In this document: positions 1 through 9,819 of the stretch, piece by piece
Numbering within the stretch: position 1 is the first letter of the stretch
Layout of the letters: each line of letters opens with the position of its first letter
Assembly (NCBI GenBank): GCA_965208105.1
Contig: OZ242318.1
Coordinates: 416,001 to 480,000 of the forward strand
Origin: Candidatus Latescibacterota bacterium
GTDB lineage: Bacteria > Latescibacterota > UBA2968 > UBA8231
Reading direction: 5' to 3'
Length of the DNA stretch: 64,000 bases
Position numbers and translations under genes: made by a program
The notes under the pieces: model-generated
What the model was told of the DNA's origin: nothing
The model's input: the letters and a program-made list of their open reading frames with translations, nothing else
Databases searched by the model: none

Positions 1-618
1 AACGTAGAGCACGGGTTTGGCGGTGAGAAAGCCGTAGCCCTGCAGGGATTCTTGTTCTTCCCGGCCGAGCCCAAGTGCGAAAACCGGAGTTCCCGCCCGC
101 AGGCCTTCTAACACCTTTTCCAATGCTTCCCATGTCGGACGCTGCGAGGACCTCGGGTCTGTGCGCACGACCATTTCCAGCCGTGATTTGCTCCTTTCGA
201 CGCTTTCGAGATCCGCCAGCATCAGTTCAGTCTCGATCGTATCCACGTCCCTGAGCGGATTGATTTCCCCATCCACGTGGGATACCTGCTGAGCGGCGAA
301 ATATCGGACAACGTGCAGCAGGGCATCGGCCTCGCGCAAATGCCCGAGGAACTTGTTCCCCAGGCCTTCCCCTTTGCTGGCACCCCGCACCAGTCCTGCG
401 ATATCGACAAACTGGATTGTGGTAGGAGTGGTACTGGAAGGCTGCAGGATCTGGGCCAGTCGCTGCAGGCGTGAATCTGGAACATCCACTACCCCGAAAT
501 TGGGCTCGATTGTGCAGAAGGGGTAGTTTGACCCTTCTGCCGATCCTTCGGTCAACGCGTTGAAAAGGGTCGATTTTCCAGAATTCGGCAAGCCGATAAT
601 GCCTAGACAAAGAGCCAT
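1..618 (-). CDS. ychF: Redox-regulated ATPase YchF (3' part runs off the window start)
   Basis: Manual translation from ATG at 618: [23 protein letters not shown]...[10 protein letters not shown]...[20 protein letters not shown]...[10 protein letters not shown]. Not in the ORF track because it is truncated. Confidence 0.95.
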   Translation of the reverse strand, partial: MALCLGIIGLPNSGKSTLFNALTEGSAEGSNYPFCTIEPNFGVVDVPDSRLQRLAQILQPSSTTPTTIQFVDIAGLVRGASKGEGLGNKFLGHLREADALLHVVRYFAAQQVSHVDGEINPLRDVDTIETELMLADLESVERSKSRLEMVVRTDPRSSQRPTWEALEKVLEGLRAGTPVFALGLGREEQESLQGYGFLTAKPVLYV

Positions 619-667
619 TATGTGCCGTTCCGATCAAGTCCTTTCTCTTTTCGACGAGGAACCATAT

Positions 668-2398
668 TCACCTGGCCTTTCTGGTTCCATCTCTCTCTTC
701 GGGAAGCAGGCCAGGTTCGACCAGGAGGGTCTTTTCCCTTCTGATGGAGGCCGTACCCGGAGCACTTCCCCTGGGCTTCATAACATATTTCACCAGCGTA
801 TAGACCACCGCCACCTTGCTGGAGGTCCTTCCCTTGCTCCAATAGGCGGCTACCCCCGCCGCTTCTTTCAGAGTTTGGGAGCCTGGTTCTTCGCGGCGGC
901 CTTGCCGCCGCAGTATCACGTGGGATCCGGCATAGCCATGGGCGTGCAACCAGATGTCGTCCTTCGAGGCCATGCGATGGGTGAGCTGGTCGTTTTCCTT
1001 ATTGTTGCGGCCGGCCCAGACGCTCCAACCCGTTGCGGTGCAATAGCGCCGTGGATGGGCAAGGGGGTTTCTGCGGGCCTGCTTCCGTTCCTCCCGGCCT
1101 GCCACTCCATGCTCGTGCAGCCACCCTTCGATTTCGCCATGGTCCAAGTTCTTACCTTCTTCGAGTTCGAGCAGCAGCCTCCGGGTATTCCCGGCTTCCG
1201 ATTCGAGTTTTTGAAGGAAGTTTGGCAGGACCTGGCGCCGTCGCTGCAACTTCCTGGAGGTCTTTAAATACCACTTTCCGTTCTCTGCGGGCGAACGGCG
1301 CCGGTCGAGTTCGATAACCACCCGGGACCGGCCTGTAAGATCGAAAATGTCCGGCAACTCGACCTGGGAATATCCCTGCTTGACCGAGGATAGATGAGCC
1401 ATCAAAATGCTTCCCATCCTTTCCAGCTCCTCGGCACGGCCGGCTTCCTTCAGGTCCAGGCGAAGAGCATCGATTCTTTTCTCCATGCGCCTCAGTGCCA
1501 CCGTCAGACCTTTCTCGAGCCGTTGCTTTCGCCTCCTTTTTTCTTCGATCATGCGATCTTCGTTTTCCACCAGAATCAGAGCTTCGCTGATCGAAGAACA
1601 TTCTTTCCGCGCCCCGCCTTTGTGGGTGGGTTCGAGTGCAGAGAAAAACTTCCGGCATCCTTCCTGCCAAACGTATCCCCGCGGCGGTGGAACGGCACCG
1701 TAAAGTTCCCTGACCGCACCCCAGATCCTCGTCCATCTGAGACTGGTAATCTGGGCTGTAGTCTCATGTTCATTCAGGCCGAGGCGATGCAGGATTTCAG
1801 GTAGTATTTCATTGTCTATTCCCGCTAATATCCGTCCCAGGGCTGGCCCCACCTCATCATCTGGTTTCAACCTGGAAGAGAAGCTGGAAAAGGAGTCCTC
1901 TCCAGGTAAGATGCGGTCCTGGAGAGGAGGAGTTAGATAGGCCTTGCCAACGACGACACGGGCTTTTCCCCCTCTCCTCCTCCCTTCTCGGACCCATTTC
2001 CCCAGTACCGCGTTCGATTCCTCACTGATCAGCACGATCTGGACTCGGGACCGGATCAATTCACACACCAGTTGGCCATAGGTCGAGGATCCCGATCGGT
2101 TCCTTCGGACCAGCCTGACTCTGATAATACGGTCCCGCCTCTCCGCCCAGACGTCTTCAACGAAGGCGTTGCGCAGATAACGCTCAGGACCGCTTGATTC
2201 CCCCAATTCAGCGGGTAGCGGTCCCGGCAGATAGCAGAAATAGCCACCGGGACCGACCCGGGCATAGACATAACCGGATCGATCACGGGCAAACCCCACG
2301 CCCATGGCATCAGAACCCACCGCGGTAATCTTTTGGCCTTTTAAGTACTGGCGCACTTCACTCGCCAGTGCGCTGGTCGTAAAAAGGTCGAATGCCAT
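668..2398 (-). CDS. rqcH: Rqc2/RqcH homolog (NFACT / FbpA family ribosome quality-control protein)
   Basis: N-terminal DR motif (ERRDRII), coiled coil, and NFACT-R motifs GRNNKENDQLT, DIWLHAHGYAGSHV, AAYWSK. Confidence 0.88.
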   Translation of the reverse strand: MAFDLFTTSALASEVRQYLKGQKITAVGSDAMGVGFARDRSGYVYARVGPGGYFCYLPGPLPAELGESSGPERYLRNAFVEDVWAERRDRIIRVRLVRRNRSGSSTYGQLVCELIRSRVQIVLISEESNAVLGKWVREGRRRGGKARVVVGKAYLTPPLQDRILPGEDSFSSFSSRLKPDDEVGPALGRILAGIDNEILPEILHRLGLNEHETTAQITSLRWTRIWGAVRELYGAVPPPRGYVWQEGCRKFFSALEPTHKGGARKECSSISEALILVENEDRMIEEKRRRKQRLEKGLTVALRRMEKRIDALRLDLKEAGRAEELERMGSILMAHLSSVKQGYSQVELPDIFDLTGRSRVVIELDRRRSPAENGKWYLKTSRKLQRRRQVLPNFLQKLESEAGNTRRLLLELEEGKNLDHGEIEGWLHEHGVAGREERKQARRNPLAHPRRYCTATGWSVWAGRNNKENDQLTHRMASKDDIWLHAHGYAGSHVILRRQGRREEPGSQTLKEAAGVAAYWSKGRTSSKVAVVYTLVKYVMKPRGSAPGTASIRREKTLLVEPGLLPEERDGTRKAR

Positions 2399-2510
2399 GG
2401 AAATCGAGATGGATCAAATTTAAATGGTCTGCAGGCAGATGCCGTTTTGGCATCAATGATTGATTCTCGATCTGTTCCGGGGACTGTTCCGGGAAAGTGA
2501 AAGGACTTCG

Positions 2511-5279
2511 TCAGGTGCGCAGGATTTCCAGGTTGCCTTCCAATTTCGCCAAACTAACCATGTATTCCGCGTGGCGTTCACGCTCCTTTTCCACTATTTC
2601 CCTCGGGGCTTTCTGGAGAAAGCCCGAATTTCCCAGCTTTTTCTCCAGACCATTTAACAAGCCGCGGTATTTGGCTATTTCTTTTTGCAGGCGACGGCGT
2701 TCGACATCCAGATCGATCAATCCCTCCAGGGGGATGTAGACCTCGGTTTCCCCAACGATTGCGCTGACGGAAGCCTGCGGCCGACTCAGACCATGACCGA
2801 TTTCAACCTTTTCGGCTCGCGACAAAAATTCGATATAATCGCCCTGCCTGGCGAGCTGGCTCGCAGATTCCGGAGAGGCCGTCGCCAGCAGAAGATTCAC
2901 CCGTCTTCCGGGAGGAATATTCATATCGGCGCGCATGGTCCGCACCGCAGTCACGATATTCTGCATCCTGGCCACCTCTTCTTCGGCTCCATCATCGATC
3001 CGGGACGGATCCGGCGCAGGCCAGGGGGCCAACATGATGCTGGGCCCTCGTCCCGGCGACGCCGGCAGGACTTGCCACAGGGCCTCGGTGATAAACGGCA
3101 TGATGGGGTGCATCAGTCGCAGGGCCTGCTCGAGAACCTGGATCAGGGTGTGTTGCACCTGCAACCGGGCCTCGGGAGCCCCACCCTGCAGGCGGGCCTT
3201 GGCCATCTCCACAAACCAGTCGCAGTAGTCGCGCCAGAGAAAATCATAGACCACCCGGGTAACGTCGCTAAGACGGTATGCTTCGAGGTAACGGTTCACA
3301 TCCTCGATAGTGCGGGCGAACCGGCTCTCGATCCATCGGTCTGCCAGGTCCTGGCTCCGCACCCGATCCTGTGTACTCTCGTACCCCTCGAGGTTCATCA
3401 GCACAAACCGGGCGGCATTCCAGAGTTTGTTGCAAAAATTCCGCCCGTTCTCGGCGCTGACGGAGGATTGGACCACGCTGTTTTCCATCTCGGCATCGAA
3501 ACGCACATCCTGCAGGGTGCCGACTTGGTGCAGCAGGCTGTAACGTGTTGCGTCGGCGCCGTAAAGGCGGATCAGGTCCAGAGGATCGAGTCCCGTCCCC
3601 AGGCTCTTGCTCATGCGACGACCGTCCCTTGTCAATACCGTCGGATGAACGAGGACAACCTTGAAGGGAATCTCGTCGAGGAATTCAACCGCCGTCATTA
3701 CCATGCGCAAGACCCATAGATAGAGAATATCGCGGCCAGTTATCATCAAGTCGGTGGGGTAAAAATATCTCAAATCCGCTGTCTTTCGCGGCCATCCCAG
3801 GGTGGCAAAGGGCCACAGCGCGGAGGAAAACCAGGTGTCCAGGACATCGGGATCCTGCACCAGTTCCTCACTGCCACACTGGGAACAGGCATCCGGTCGA
3901 GTTGCACTTACCATGGGCCGTGCTCCTTTTTCCAGGTCCACGCGAAAGTTTCCCAGGTCCAGTGCTTCCTTCCATTCCAGACCTTCCAGCGGGATGAGCC
4001 CGGGCGCACTGCAGGATCGACAGTACCAGGCGGGGATCCTGTGTCCCCACCAGATCTGGCGGGAGAGAGCCCAGTCTCGAATGTTCCGCAGCCATTCGAC
4101 GGAATAGGCGGAAAAGCGATCCGGAATGAAGGATACGGCTCCACTTTCAAGATAGGGCAGTGCCAGTCGCGCCAGTGGTTTCATATCCATGAACCACTGC
4201 TCCATGGGAAGTGGCTCGATCACTGTGCCGCATTTGTCGTGGTGGGGAACCGAATGGAGGTGGTCTTCGACATCTTCGAGAAATCCGCCTTGCCGCAAGG
4301 CAGCTACCACGGCCTTTCTGCAGGCATATCGCTCCATGCCGCGAAAGGCGCCGGCTTCTTCCGTGCTAATGCCGTCATAACCGATGACTTGGATCTGCTC
4401 CAGTCCATGCCGCTGCCCGATCTCGTAGTCGTTGGGGTCGTGAGCTGGTGTGACCTTGACGGCTCCTGTCCCTACTTCCGGATCGGCGTACCCGTCGGCG
4501 ATAATGGGGATCCGGCGGCCCACCAATGGCAGGGATACCATCTTTCCCAGGCTTTCCCGCCAGCGACCGTCGTCGGGATGAACTGCCACTGCGGTGTCGC
4601 CGAGTAAGGTCTCCGGCCGGGTGGTGACCACCACCACCTCGGGACCACCATTCACACCGGGATAGCGGATGTGCCAGAGATTTCCCTGGAGTTCGCGCTC
4701 CTCCGTCTCCAGGTCGGAAATAACCGTTCTGCAGGCAGGACACCAATTGATCATGCGGGTCCCCCGGTAGATCCAGCCCTTTGAATGAAAGTGTTCGAAG
4801 GCGCCCAGCACACCCTCGACATAGGCTTCGTCGAGGGTGAAACGGGCGCGCTGCCAGTCGTAGCTGGCTCCCAGCTTGCGCAACTGCTTGTAGATAGCCT
4901 CCCCATATGTCTCCTTCCATGCCCAGACCCGGTCGAGAAAGGCGTCCCGTCCCAGGTCATGGCGAGTCCTGGCTTCGGTCCTGGCAAGCTCGTTTTCCAC
5001 CACCATCTGGGTGGCGATCCCGGCGTGGTCGGTCCCCGGCAAACAGAGTGTTTCGCACCCTTGCATCCGCTTCCAGCGGATAATCATATCGTGAACGGCG
5101 TGCTGAATCGCATGACCCATGTGCAAGGATCCGGTTACGTTCGGCGGTGGTATGGTAATGCAGTAGGACTTTTTGTCCTCGCGGACTTCAGCCCTGAAAA
5201 ATTCCTCCCTTTCCCAAAAGGCATACCATTTTTCCTCGGTGATCCCGGGATCGTAGACTTTGGACAAATGGGCCGGCAT
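2511..5279 (-). CDS. valS: Valine--tRNA ligase
   Basis: PPPNVTGSLHMGH, DWALSRQIWWGHRIP, DVLDTWFSS, RMSKS, C-terminal coiled coil. Confidence 0.98.
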   Translation of the reverse strand: MPAHLSKVYDPGITEEKWYAFWEREEFFRAEVREDKKSYCITIPPPNVTGSLHMGHAIQHAVHDMIIRWKRMQGCETLCLPGTDHAGIATQMVVENELARTEARTRHDLGRDAFLDRVWAWKETYGEAIYKQLRKLGASYDWQRARFTLDEAYVEGVLGAFEHFHSKGWIYRGTRMINWCPACRTVISDLETEERELQGNLWHIRYPGVNGGPEVVVVTTRPETLLGDTAVAVHPDDGRWRESLGKMVSLPLVGRRIPIIADGYADPEVGTGAVKVTPAHDPNDYEIGQRHGLEQIQVIGYDGISTEEAGAFRGMERYACRKAVVAALRQGGFLEDVEDHLHSVPHHDKCGTVIEPLPMEQWFMDMKPLARLALPYLESGAVSFIPDRFSAYSVEWLRNIRDWALSRQIWWGHRIPAWYCRSCSAPGLIPLEGLEWKEALDLGNFRVDLEKGARPMVSATRPDACSQCGSEELVQDPDVLDTWFSSALWPFATLGWPRKTADLRYFYPTDLMITGRDILYLWVLRMVMTAVEFLDEIPFKVVLVHPTVLTRDGRRMSKSLGTGLDPLDLIRLYGADATRYSLLHQVGTLQDVRFDAEMENSVVQSSVSAENGRNFCNKLWNAARFVLMNLEGYESTQDRVRSQDLADRWIESRFARTIEDVNRYLEAYRLSDVTRVVYDFLWRDYCDWFVEMAKARLQGGAPEARLQVQHTLIQVLEQALRLMHPIMPFITEALWQVLPASPGRGPSIMLAPWPAPDPSRIDDGAEEEVARMQNIVTAVRTMRADMNIPPGRRVNLLLATASPESASQLARQGDYIEFLSRAEKVEIGHGLSRPQASVSAIVGETEVYIPLEGLIDLDVERRRLQKEIAKYRGLLNGLEKKLGNSGFLQKAPREIVEKERERHAEYMVSLAKLEGNLEILRT

Positions 5280-5519
5280 ATCGAACTTTCCCCCAAACCT
5301 GAAAAGTGCCTAACTAAATGAAATTGAATTGGTTAAATATACAAATACAGGGCAATTATGACAATTCCCAAGGAGTATCCTGCCCCCTCGCTCAATTATT
5401 TTTCCCTTTACATGCGGGTCTCCTTTTTGAATTTTTTCATTTTGTGCCGGGCGGAACATCCTCCGCTCCGCCGGCTCCATCCAACACCTGAATTGCTGGA
5501 CTACTGCTTTCCATTCAAG

Positions 5520-6443
5520 ATGACCAGGTGGGCTCACCTTCTCACTGAACGAAGAAACCCGGCAAGCTCACGCATTGACGAGGTGTCTACTCTGGAGATG
5601 CTCGCGATCATCAACCGCGAGGACGCCAAAGTATCTCCCGCATTGGAGCGCGAGCTGCCGGCGATAGCTCAGGCGGTGGACCTGGTAGTGGATGCACTGC
5701 GCAGCGGTGGGCGCCTCTTCTACCTCGGAGCGGGGACCAGCGGCCGGCTCGGCGTCCTGGACGCTGCCGAGTGCCCTCCTACCTATAACACGGATCCTGC
5801 CATGGTACAGGCAATTATAGCCGGCGGCACAGAGGCCGTCCGGGAGGCGGTAGAAGGTGCCGAAGACGACGCCAAGGCGGGAGTTCAAGACCTGAAAGCC
5901 CGGGACCTCTCCTCTGCTGACGCGGTGATAGGAATAGCCGCCAGCGGTGTCACCCCTTACGTCCGCAGCGGGATTGAATACGCCCGGGGGCTGTCTTGCA
6001 CGACCATTTTTTTTACCTGCAGCCCGAACGTCGTCCACCAGGTTGAAGCAGATGTCGCGATCGCACCCAAGGTGGGACCGGAAGTCATCACCGGGTCCAC
6101 GCGCATGAAAGCTGGAACGGCCACCAAACTATTCCTGAACATGGTCTCCACCTGTGCAATGGTGAGGCTGGGCAAAACCTATGGGAATTTGATGGTCGAC
6201 CTGCAGCCTAAGAGCGCAAAGCTCAGAGACCGGACCATTCGCATCCTTTCCAATTTGACCCATTTGCCCGAGGACAAGGCCCTTCAACGACTACAAGAGG
6301 CACAGGGTAATCTGAAGCTGGCTCTGGTCATGGAAATTTGTGGAGTCGGGCTCGGCACCGCCCGGACATTGCTCGCCTCCTGCCATGGCGTCGTCAGGGA
6401 TGCGGTGCGACGCTGGAGCGACACCAGATGTGATGATATTTGA
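5520..6443 (+). CDS. murQ: N-acetylmuramic acid 6-phosphate etherase
   Basis: LTERRNP, GAGTSGRLGVLDAAECPPT, GPEVITGSTRMKAGTATK; start re-assigned to ATG 5520. Confidence 0.95.
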   Translation: MTRWAHLLTERRNPASSRIDEVSTLEMLAIINREDAKVSPALERELPAIAQAVDLVVDALRSGGRLFYLGAGTSGRLGVLDAAECPPTYNTDPAMVQAIIAGGTEAVREAVEGAEDDAKAGVQDLKARDLSSADAVIGIAASGVTPYVRSGIEYARGLSCTTIFFTCSPNVVHQVEADVAIAPKVGPEVITGSTRMKAGTATKLFLNMVSTCAMVRLGKTYGNLMVDLQPKSAKLRDRTIRILSNLTHLPEDKALQRLQEAQGNLKLALVMEICGVGLGTARTLLASCHGVVRDAVRRWSDTRCDDI

Positions 6444-6527
6444 CTTGCGTTTCGCAGGGGTTTATCGTTGCCCGGCAGGCTTGGGGCAATTACAGACGAA
6501 GGCGTGCTGAACGGAAGGATCAGAAGC

Positions 6528-7466
6528 TTGGAGCATCGCAGGCTGGGGGCAACAGATTTACACGTTTCTCCAATCGGGCTGGGAACCGTGCAGATTGGCA
6601 TGCCGTATGGGATCGGCAAGCCTGTCCCTCCCCCCGACGAGGAATGCATCAGTCTTTTGCACCGGGCATGCGAGGCGGGGATAAATTACATCGATACGGC
6701 GGCAGGATACGGCCGCAGCGAAGAGTTAGTCGGCAAAGCCTTCGCCCGGTTTACCCCCAAGCCCGTAATTGCGACGAAAGTAACCCTGCGCAAGAACCAG
6801 CAGGACCCGGAGAATCTGAGGGGTGCATTCCTCCGCAAGCATATTGAAGAGTCGGTGTTGCGGAGTTTGAAGAACCTGGGATGCGAGACCCTGGACCTGT
6901 TGCAGCTCCACGTCGCAAGCGACAGCTTCATCGTTTCCGAACTCCTGGAAAGCATGGACGATTTGAGCTCCCGCGGTCTCGTAAGGTACTGGGGAGCATC
7001 GACATATGGCCTCGAAGCGCCTATGGAGGCCCTCGCCGACCCGAATCGATTCTACACTCTTCAGGTCGCTTATAACATTTTGGACAGGCGTCAGGAAGAT
7101 GTGGTGATTCCCCGATGCAAAGAGCAGGGAGTCGGCCTTGTTCTGCGATCGGTTTTTTTCTTTGGGGCGCTCTCGGAACGCGCTTACACCCTTCCGGACA
7201 GCCTTTCCGGTGTCCGCACTCCCGCGCTCAGAGCCGCCCAAGTCGCAGCGTCCGCGGGGATCTCGCTACCTGCCCTGGCTCTGCGCTATGCCGCTTTCTT
7301 CCCCCAGCCCTGCATCACGCTGTGCGGGACGACCAGCATCGAAGAAATTGAAGGCAACATAGCCGCTTTCGAGGCTGGACCTCTACCTGGCGCGATCAGG
7401 GAAGACTTGGATGATCTGAAATTATATGATGATTTCCTCTTGAATCCAGGAAATTGGGATGTATGA
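6528..7466 (+). CDS. Aldo/keto reductase
   Basis: RRLGATDLHVSPIGLGT, GINYIDTAAGYGRSEELVG, IATK, DLLQLH; TTG 6528 after GGAAGGA chosen as start (ORF track starts at 6468). Confidence 0.9.
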   Translation: MEHRRLGATDLHVSPIGLGTVQIGMPYGIGKPVPPPDEECISLLHRACEAGINYIDTAAGYGRSEELVGKAFARFTPKPVIATKVTLRKNQQDPENLRGAFLRKHIEESVLRSLKNLGCETLDLLQLHVASDSFIVSELLESMDDLSSRGLVRYWGASTYGLEAPMEALADPNRFYTLQVAYNILDRRQEDVVIPRCKEQGVGLVLRSVFFFGALSERAYTLPDSLSGVRTPALRAAQVAASAGISLPALALRYAAFFPQPCITLCGTTSIEEIEGNIAAFEAGPLPGAIREDLDDLKLYDDFLLNPGNWDV

Positions 7467-7496
7467 GGGAAGTCCGGTCTGGTCGTCCTTGACCTC

Positions 7497-8681
7497 GTGG
7501 AAATTTTGGAACCGGTCCCATCGGGAACTCGGGAAACGGCGTTGAACCTGCTGCTCATCTCGATAGACAGCTTGCGACTGGATTGCGTGGGGCGGACCAA
7601 CCCGAAAATCCGGACCCCTCGTTTCGACCTCCTGACCCGTCCTTATTGCTTCTACGAGCGCTTCTTCTCGGTGTCCTCGGCCACCCGTCCAGTGCATACG
7701 AGCCTGTTCACCGGCCTCTACCCTTTTGAACACGGCATTCTCGGCCAACACTATTCCCGCACTCGCCAGGGGCTCTCCCATATCTTCGGGTTGTTCCGCC
7801 AGAAGGGGTTCGCCGTGGGTGCATTCTCCGAAGTACCCCAGATCTTCGCCAACCTGGACTTCGGGATCGATTCCCTGCATTCGGCCCCGGGGTTTCTCCG
7901 CCGCAACCCCCACACTCCCAAGTGCCTTTTCCTGCACTACTGGGGCGCCCACACACCTTACGGCGCCGCCGACGGCAGAGCTCTCGGAGAGACCGCCCGA
8001 TTGCTGAACCGGGGCCAGACCCGGACTGTCATCGCCAGATACACGGCTGCGGTCCAATTTCTTTTCGAAAACAAGCTAGTTCCTCTCCTCGAGCGTCTGG
8101 ACCCCCGGGAATGGTGTGTAATCATTCTCAGCGACCACGGCGAAAGCTGGACGCGAGAAGAACCATACCACGGGCAGACCTTGAGAAACTCGGTTATCCG
8201 CATTCCTTTCTATTTTCATCTCCCCGGAAGCGGCAATCCCCCACCTCCACGACCGCTTCTCTCCATCGTCGACATATTCCCCACCCTGGTCAATCTCTTC
8301 CACCTGCCGGTAAATTACCAGGGCTACGGAATGGACATCCGCCAGGATGGCCAACCGGACTACTATCTTGCGCAGATACATCCCGTCTCCGGAGGGGATG
8401 CCTGGTCGCCAAATCCGCAGGGGACGCGGCAGAGGGGGGACAGGCAGTGGGCGCTGTTCGACCTTCGGGGGAAATTCACCTACAATGAGGACAGCAAGGA
8501 AGGCCGGTTGGAGGATCCCCTTACAGAGGAATCATTGGACGACAGGGAGAGTTTCCGTTACTTGGCCGCCTATGAGAAAATGCTGGCGCAATCGTCCTAC
8601 GGGAGGCTGTCTTCGGGGTCCTCTTCCGAAGAAGAGAGAAATCTTCTGGATGAGCGCCTGCGGGAGCTGGGCTACATCTGA
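7497..8681 (+). CDS. Sulfatase-like alkaline-phosphatase-superfamily hydrolase
   Basis: NLLLISIDSLRLD, TRPVHTSLFTGLYP, HYWGAHTPY, SDHGE, C-terminal ERLRELGYI. Confidence 0.85.
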   Translation: MEILEPVPSGTRETALNLLLISIDSLRLDCVGRTNPKIRTPRFDLLTRPYCFYERFFSVSSATRPVHTSLFTGLYPFEHGILGQHYSRTRQGLSHIFGLFRQKGFAVGAFSEVPQIFANLDFGIDSLHSAPGFLRRNPHTPKCLFLHYWGAHTPYGAADGRALGETARLLNRGQTRTVIARYTAAVQFLFENKLVPLLERLDPREWCVIILSDHGESWTREEPYHGQTLRNSVIRIPFYFHLPGSGNPPPPRPLLSIVDIFPTLVNLFHLPVNYQGYGMDIRQDGQPDYYLAQIHPVSGGDAWSPNPQGTRQRGDRQWALFDLRGKFTYNEDSKEGRLEDPLTEESLDDRESFRYLAAYEKMLAQSSYGRLSSGSSSEEERNLLDERLRELGYI

Positions 8682-8685
8682 TCAA

Positions 8686-9183
8686 TCAGCGCGAGTATAC
8701 GACCGCGATATGCTCCAGGGTGTCCCCATCCATGTCCAGCATGGCAAAAGTGCTCCTTCCAAAGCGGCCCATCAGCTCTCCCGGGTTGATCAGGCGGCTT
8801 CTTCCCACCTGCTCGTCGCAGGCTATGTGGTCGTGTCCATAACAAACCAGGTCGTAGTTGCCTGCGCGGACCAATCCGCGCGCGATTTCAGGATAGTGCG
8901 TCATGGCAACGTGCCTGCCGGCCAAATCCAATTCTGCCAGTTCGCCATGCAGGATCACATGGTCATGGCGGGTGGCCTGCTCCGTGAGCAGCCACCTGTC
9001 CCCATCGTTGTTTCCCCAAACCACGTGAATGGGACCAGGAAATCCCTGCGCCAGCTGGACCAAGGTGAAGGGGGCACAAAAGTCTCCACAAAACAGCAGC
9101 ATGTCGGCTTCCCGCACGAGGGGAAGGGCACTCTCCAGGGCCCAGATATTGTCGTGGATATCGGAGCAGATGGCAATTTTCAT
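8686..9183 (-). CDS. YfcE-like metallophosphoesterase
   Basis: SDIHDN, CGD, GNND, THYP, GHDH, INPG motifs; start at ATG 9183. Confidence 0.9.
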   Translation of the reverse strand: MKIAICSDIHDNIWALESALPLVREADMLLFCGDFCAPFTLVQLAQGFPGPIHVVWGNNDGDRWLLTEQATRHDHVILHGELAELDLAGRHVAMTHYPEIARGLVRAGNYDLVCYGHDHIACDEQVGRSRLINPGELMGRFGRSTFAMLDMDGDTLEHIAVVYSR

Positions 9184-9818
9184 GTGGCCGACCTTCCCCT
9201 TTGGGCGGAGATGGGCGGTCCGGCCCCGGCAAGGTCTCCATCTCCCAGCCGGGCATGAATGTCCTGCCACCGGCGCTTGTAAGAGGGGTGGGCAAAATCG
9301 GGCACGAAGCCAAGTTGGAGATAGACCTTGATTGCGGCCATTCTGAAATCATCCGTTCTCAGAAAGATGGGACGATCCGGCAAGGATCTCGCAGCCACCA
9401 CTGCAGCAGCCGTTGCCTGGCGGCCCAGTCCCTTCCCCCTGTGCTTCGGGTCGCTGGCAACCCAGCCGATCTCCCAGCAATCTTCTCCGTTCAACCGACC
9501 CTCGTAGACGCCAGCTGCAGCCACAATCTGCCGGCCTGAAAGTATGAAAAATTGGGCGCTGTGTACGAGGTTTCCGCGAATTTCCGCGTCAATCCTTTCC
9601 ATGGACCACTTCCCCAACTCGCCATTTGCGTTGAGCAGGTTCACCCATTCCTCCTCATCACCCTTGCAGTATGAGCGCAGGTGATACCCCTCTTCCAATG
9701 CGCAGAGGGCGGGCGGTTCCGGATGAGGATACCGCATCACGAGCTGAGGCGCATGGTCCTTTCTAAAGTGTCCTGCCTTTCCAGTCAGAAATTGAAAAAT
9801 GGTTTTGGCTCGTTTCAC
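9180..9818 (-). CDS. GNAT family N-acetyltransferase (start uncertain)
   Basis: VASDPKHRGKGLG acetyl-CoA motif and TDDFRMAAIKVYLQLGF; GTG 9818 lies just after the upstream gene's stop. Confidence 0.8.
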   Translation of the reverse strand: MKRAKTIFQFLTGKAGHFRKDHAPQLVMRYPHPEPPALCALEEGYHLRSYCKGDEEEWVNLLNANGELGKWSMERIDAEIRGNLVHSAQFFILSGRQIVAAAGVYEGRLNGEDCWEIGWVASDPKHRGKGLGRQATAAAVVAARSLPDRPIFLRTDDFRMAAIKVYLQLGFVPDFAHPSYKRRWQDIHARLGDGDLAGAGPPISAQRGRSAT

Positions 9819-9819
9819 T

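Noticed and set aside
2685-3719. 344-aa plus-strand ORF (likewise 14945-16126, 18927-19862, 62260-63213 and other long antisense ORFs)
   Set aside because: They lie antisense to well-supported genes and have no motifs; these are typical shadow ORFs of GC-rich coding DNA.
5358-5519. N-terminal extensions given by the ORF track (murQ; also gcvT, SDR, HAD, actF, SCO)
   Set aside because: Family similarity begins at downstream starts, and several extensions overlap neighbouring genes, so they are treated as longest-ORF artefacts.
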